The translations under genes and the position numbers were made by a program. This document shows positions 30,433 to 32,000 of a DNA stretch of 32,000 bases, in pieces. This stretch comes from Vibrio vulnificus CMCP6 (lineage in GTDB: Bacteria; Pseudomonadota; Gammaproteobacteria; Enterobacterales; Vibrionaceae): the NCBI RefSeq assembly GCF_000039765.1, contig NC_004459.3:600001-632000 (forward strand), read 5' to 3'. Position 1 is the stretch's first letter. Each line of letters begins with the position of its first letter. Under the pieces are notes generated by a model. The model had not been told where the DNA came from. It saw only the letters and a program-made list of their open reading frames with translations, and made no database searches.

Positions 30433-31689
30433 TTAGACTTTGAAAGATTTGATTTTCTTATCTAACTCTTCCGCGTTGCCTTGCATCATTTCCGAGGTTT
30501 CCAGCAGCTCACTGACCACCACAACCGATGCTTCCACTAGCTCACGCACATTGGAAAGATTTTGGTCCATTTCCGCGGCAACACTGCTCTGCTGGCCAGC
30601 TGCCGTCGCGATTTGTAAGTTCATGTCATTGATGCTGGTTACCTGACCAACAATGCCATCCAGTTCCGTTCCGGCGTTGGACACCAACTCAACGCCTTCC
30701 GCCGCTTGCACCACACTCTTCTCCATGAGGTCAACGGCACTGCTGGCACTGGTTTGCAGCTGAGTGATCATGTCTTGAATTTCTACCGTTGCCGTTTGAG
30801 TGCGCTGAGCCAGGTTGCGAACTTCGTCGGCAACAACGGCAAAGCCACGACCCGCTTCACCAGCACGAGCAGCTTCAATCGCGGCGTTCAGTGCCAACAA
30901 GTTGGTCTGTTCTGAAATGCCTTGAATGGTGCCAACCACACTACCAATGGCACCGACTCGCTCTTCCACTTGGTTCACGGCTTGAGCTGAAGAAGCAATG
31001 TCTGACGACAATTGACTCATTTTCGACACTGTACCTTGCAAGAATTGCTGGCCCTTTTTCGCTTGTTGCGAGGCTTGCTCGGTCAAACTCGACGCATTGT
31101 TGGCGTGATCGGCCACGGTTTGTACCGTCGAGGTCATTTCGCTCATCGCCGTCGCCAGTTGATCAATTTCATTGAACTCTTCTTGTGCCGACTCTTTGGT
31201 TTCCGACATGCTCAGTGTCATCACTTCCGTCAAGCCGGCCAGCTCATCAGAGGCGTTGATTTGCATTTTGATCATATCGTGCAATTGCTGACGGGTTTTC
31301 TCCAGCTCACGCGCCACATCGCCATATTCATCTTTACAAGCCATGCCAAACGGAACCGAAAGGTTTCTTTGCGCCATTAATTTGATCGCATCATTTAAAT
31401 AGCGAGTTTGACGCAGCATCACGCTGGCAGCCGCCATCAAAAGAACCACAAACACAACAATCAATAAGCCCGTTTGCCAAGCCACTTGAACCATGTATTC
31501 ATCGTAATGTTGTTGCGCGAGTTGCTCATTTTGCGTTGCCGCCAACAAAGCTTGATAGAAGGTGCTGGCATCCCAAAGCTGTTTGCCAACAATCAAAACG
31601 GTACTGAACACCATCAGCAAAATCATTTTGGGAACGAGGCGAATGTCAGAGATCACCCTTTCCCAGGGCTTAAAAGCCAGCTTTTCCAT
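30433..31689 (-). CDS. Methyl-accepting chemotaxis protein with a very short periplasmic segment
   Basis: 418-aa ORF, two TM helices about 35 aa apart, MCP signalling tip [35 protein letters not shown]. Confidence 0.95.
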   Translation of the reverse strand: MEKLAFKPWERVISDIRLVPKMILLMVFSTVLIVGKQLWDASTFYQALLAATQNEQLAQQHYDEYMVQVAWQTGLLIVVFVVLLMAAASVMLRQTRYLNDAIKLMAQRNLSVPFGMACKDEYGDVARELEKTRQQLHDMIKMQINASDELAGLTEVMTLSMSETKESAQEEFNEIDQLATAMSEMTSTVQTVADHANNASSLTEQASQQAKKGQQFLQGTVSKMSQLSSDIASSAQAVNQVEERVGAIGSVVGTIQGISEQTNLLALNAAIEAARAGEAGRGFAVVADEVRNLAQRTQTATVEIQDMITQLQTSASSAVDLMEKSVVQAAEGVELVSNAGTELDGIVGQVTSINDMNLQIATAAGQQSSVAAEMDQNLSNVRELVEASVVVVSELLETSEMMQGNAEELDKKIKSFKV

Positions 31690-31805
31690 TGTTGTTTCTC
31701 CACCAGTTCTTTTATAGTCGTATCAAGAAGATGTTGCCTTTGGGCACTTTGCTTAAATACTTTGCGCGTTAAAAACGCCACCTTGCTATTTATTTCGAGC
31801 CCCGT

Positions 31806-32000
31806 ATGAAAAGTAATGATATCAAAGAGAACACCAAACCGATGAGTCTGTTATCACTAATCTTGTCTTTTATGGCGCTATTTGTGATCTCTGGCTTACT
31901 GTTTTTTCCTTTGGATGAAGAGACCCGACAAGTTCTTATCGGTCTCGATTTCATAATCTGTAGTATTTTTCTTCTTCAGCTCAGCGTAGATTTGATCCGC
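31806..32000 (+). CDS. N-terminus of a membrane protein, possibly an ion-channel-family protein (truncated by window end)
   Basis: Open frame from ATG 31806: MKSNDIKENTKPMSLLSLILSFMALFVISGLLFFPLDEETRQVLIGLDFIICSIFLLQLSVDLIR; resembles the S1/S2 region of voltage-gated-channel-like proteins. Confidence 0.55.
   Translation, partial: MKSNDIKENTKPMSLLSLILSFMALFVISGLLFFPLDEETRQVLIGLDFIICSIFLLQLSVDLIR

Noticed and set aside
31735-31752. GCCTTTGGGCACTTTGCT, sigma-54-like in the MCP/channel intergenic region
   Set aside because: The GG to GC spacing is too short for the -24/-12 arrangement.

Overview
The window is a gamma-proteobacterial chromosomal backbone segment. Gene content and order look like Vibrio; this is inferred from synteny and protein sequence, with no database search. 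It is almost entirely conserved housekeeping genes: the start of the dcw cluster (ftsI partial, ftsL, rsmH), rnpB, rsmI, lpoA-yraN-diaA-BON lipoprotein, sspB/sspA, petABC (bc1 complex), rpsI/rplM, zapE, zapG, degQ-like/degS, parC/parE, yqiA-cpdA-DUF1249-nudF, tolC, hldE, glnE, a compact methyl-accepting chemotaxis protein, and the start of a membrane (ion-channel-like) protein. I found no CRISPR array, mobile element, toxin-antitoxin, phage-defence or biosynthetic cluster, and no evidence for a new multi-gene system. The most interesting signals are non-coding. First, three tandem 24-nt copies inside the RNase P RNA gene each encode a UUCG/UUUG-capped hairpin and expand the P3 region. Second, the yqiA-parE intergenic region contains three strong inverted repeats, including a terminator-like one. 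Third, there is a possible sigma-E promoter upstream of the degQ-like gene. Fourth, the rplM-rpsI operon has a structured ~160-nt leader. Fifth, a strong terminator sits only ~20 nt upstream of the sspA start codon.
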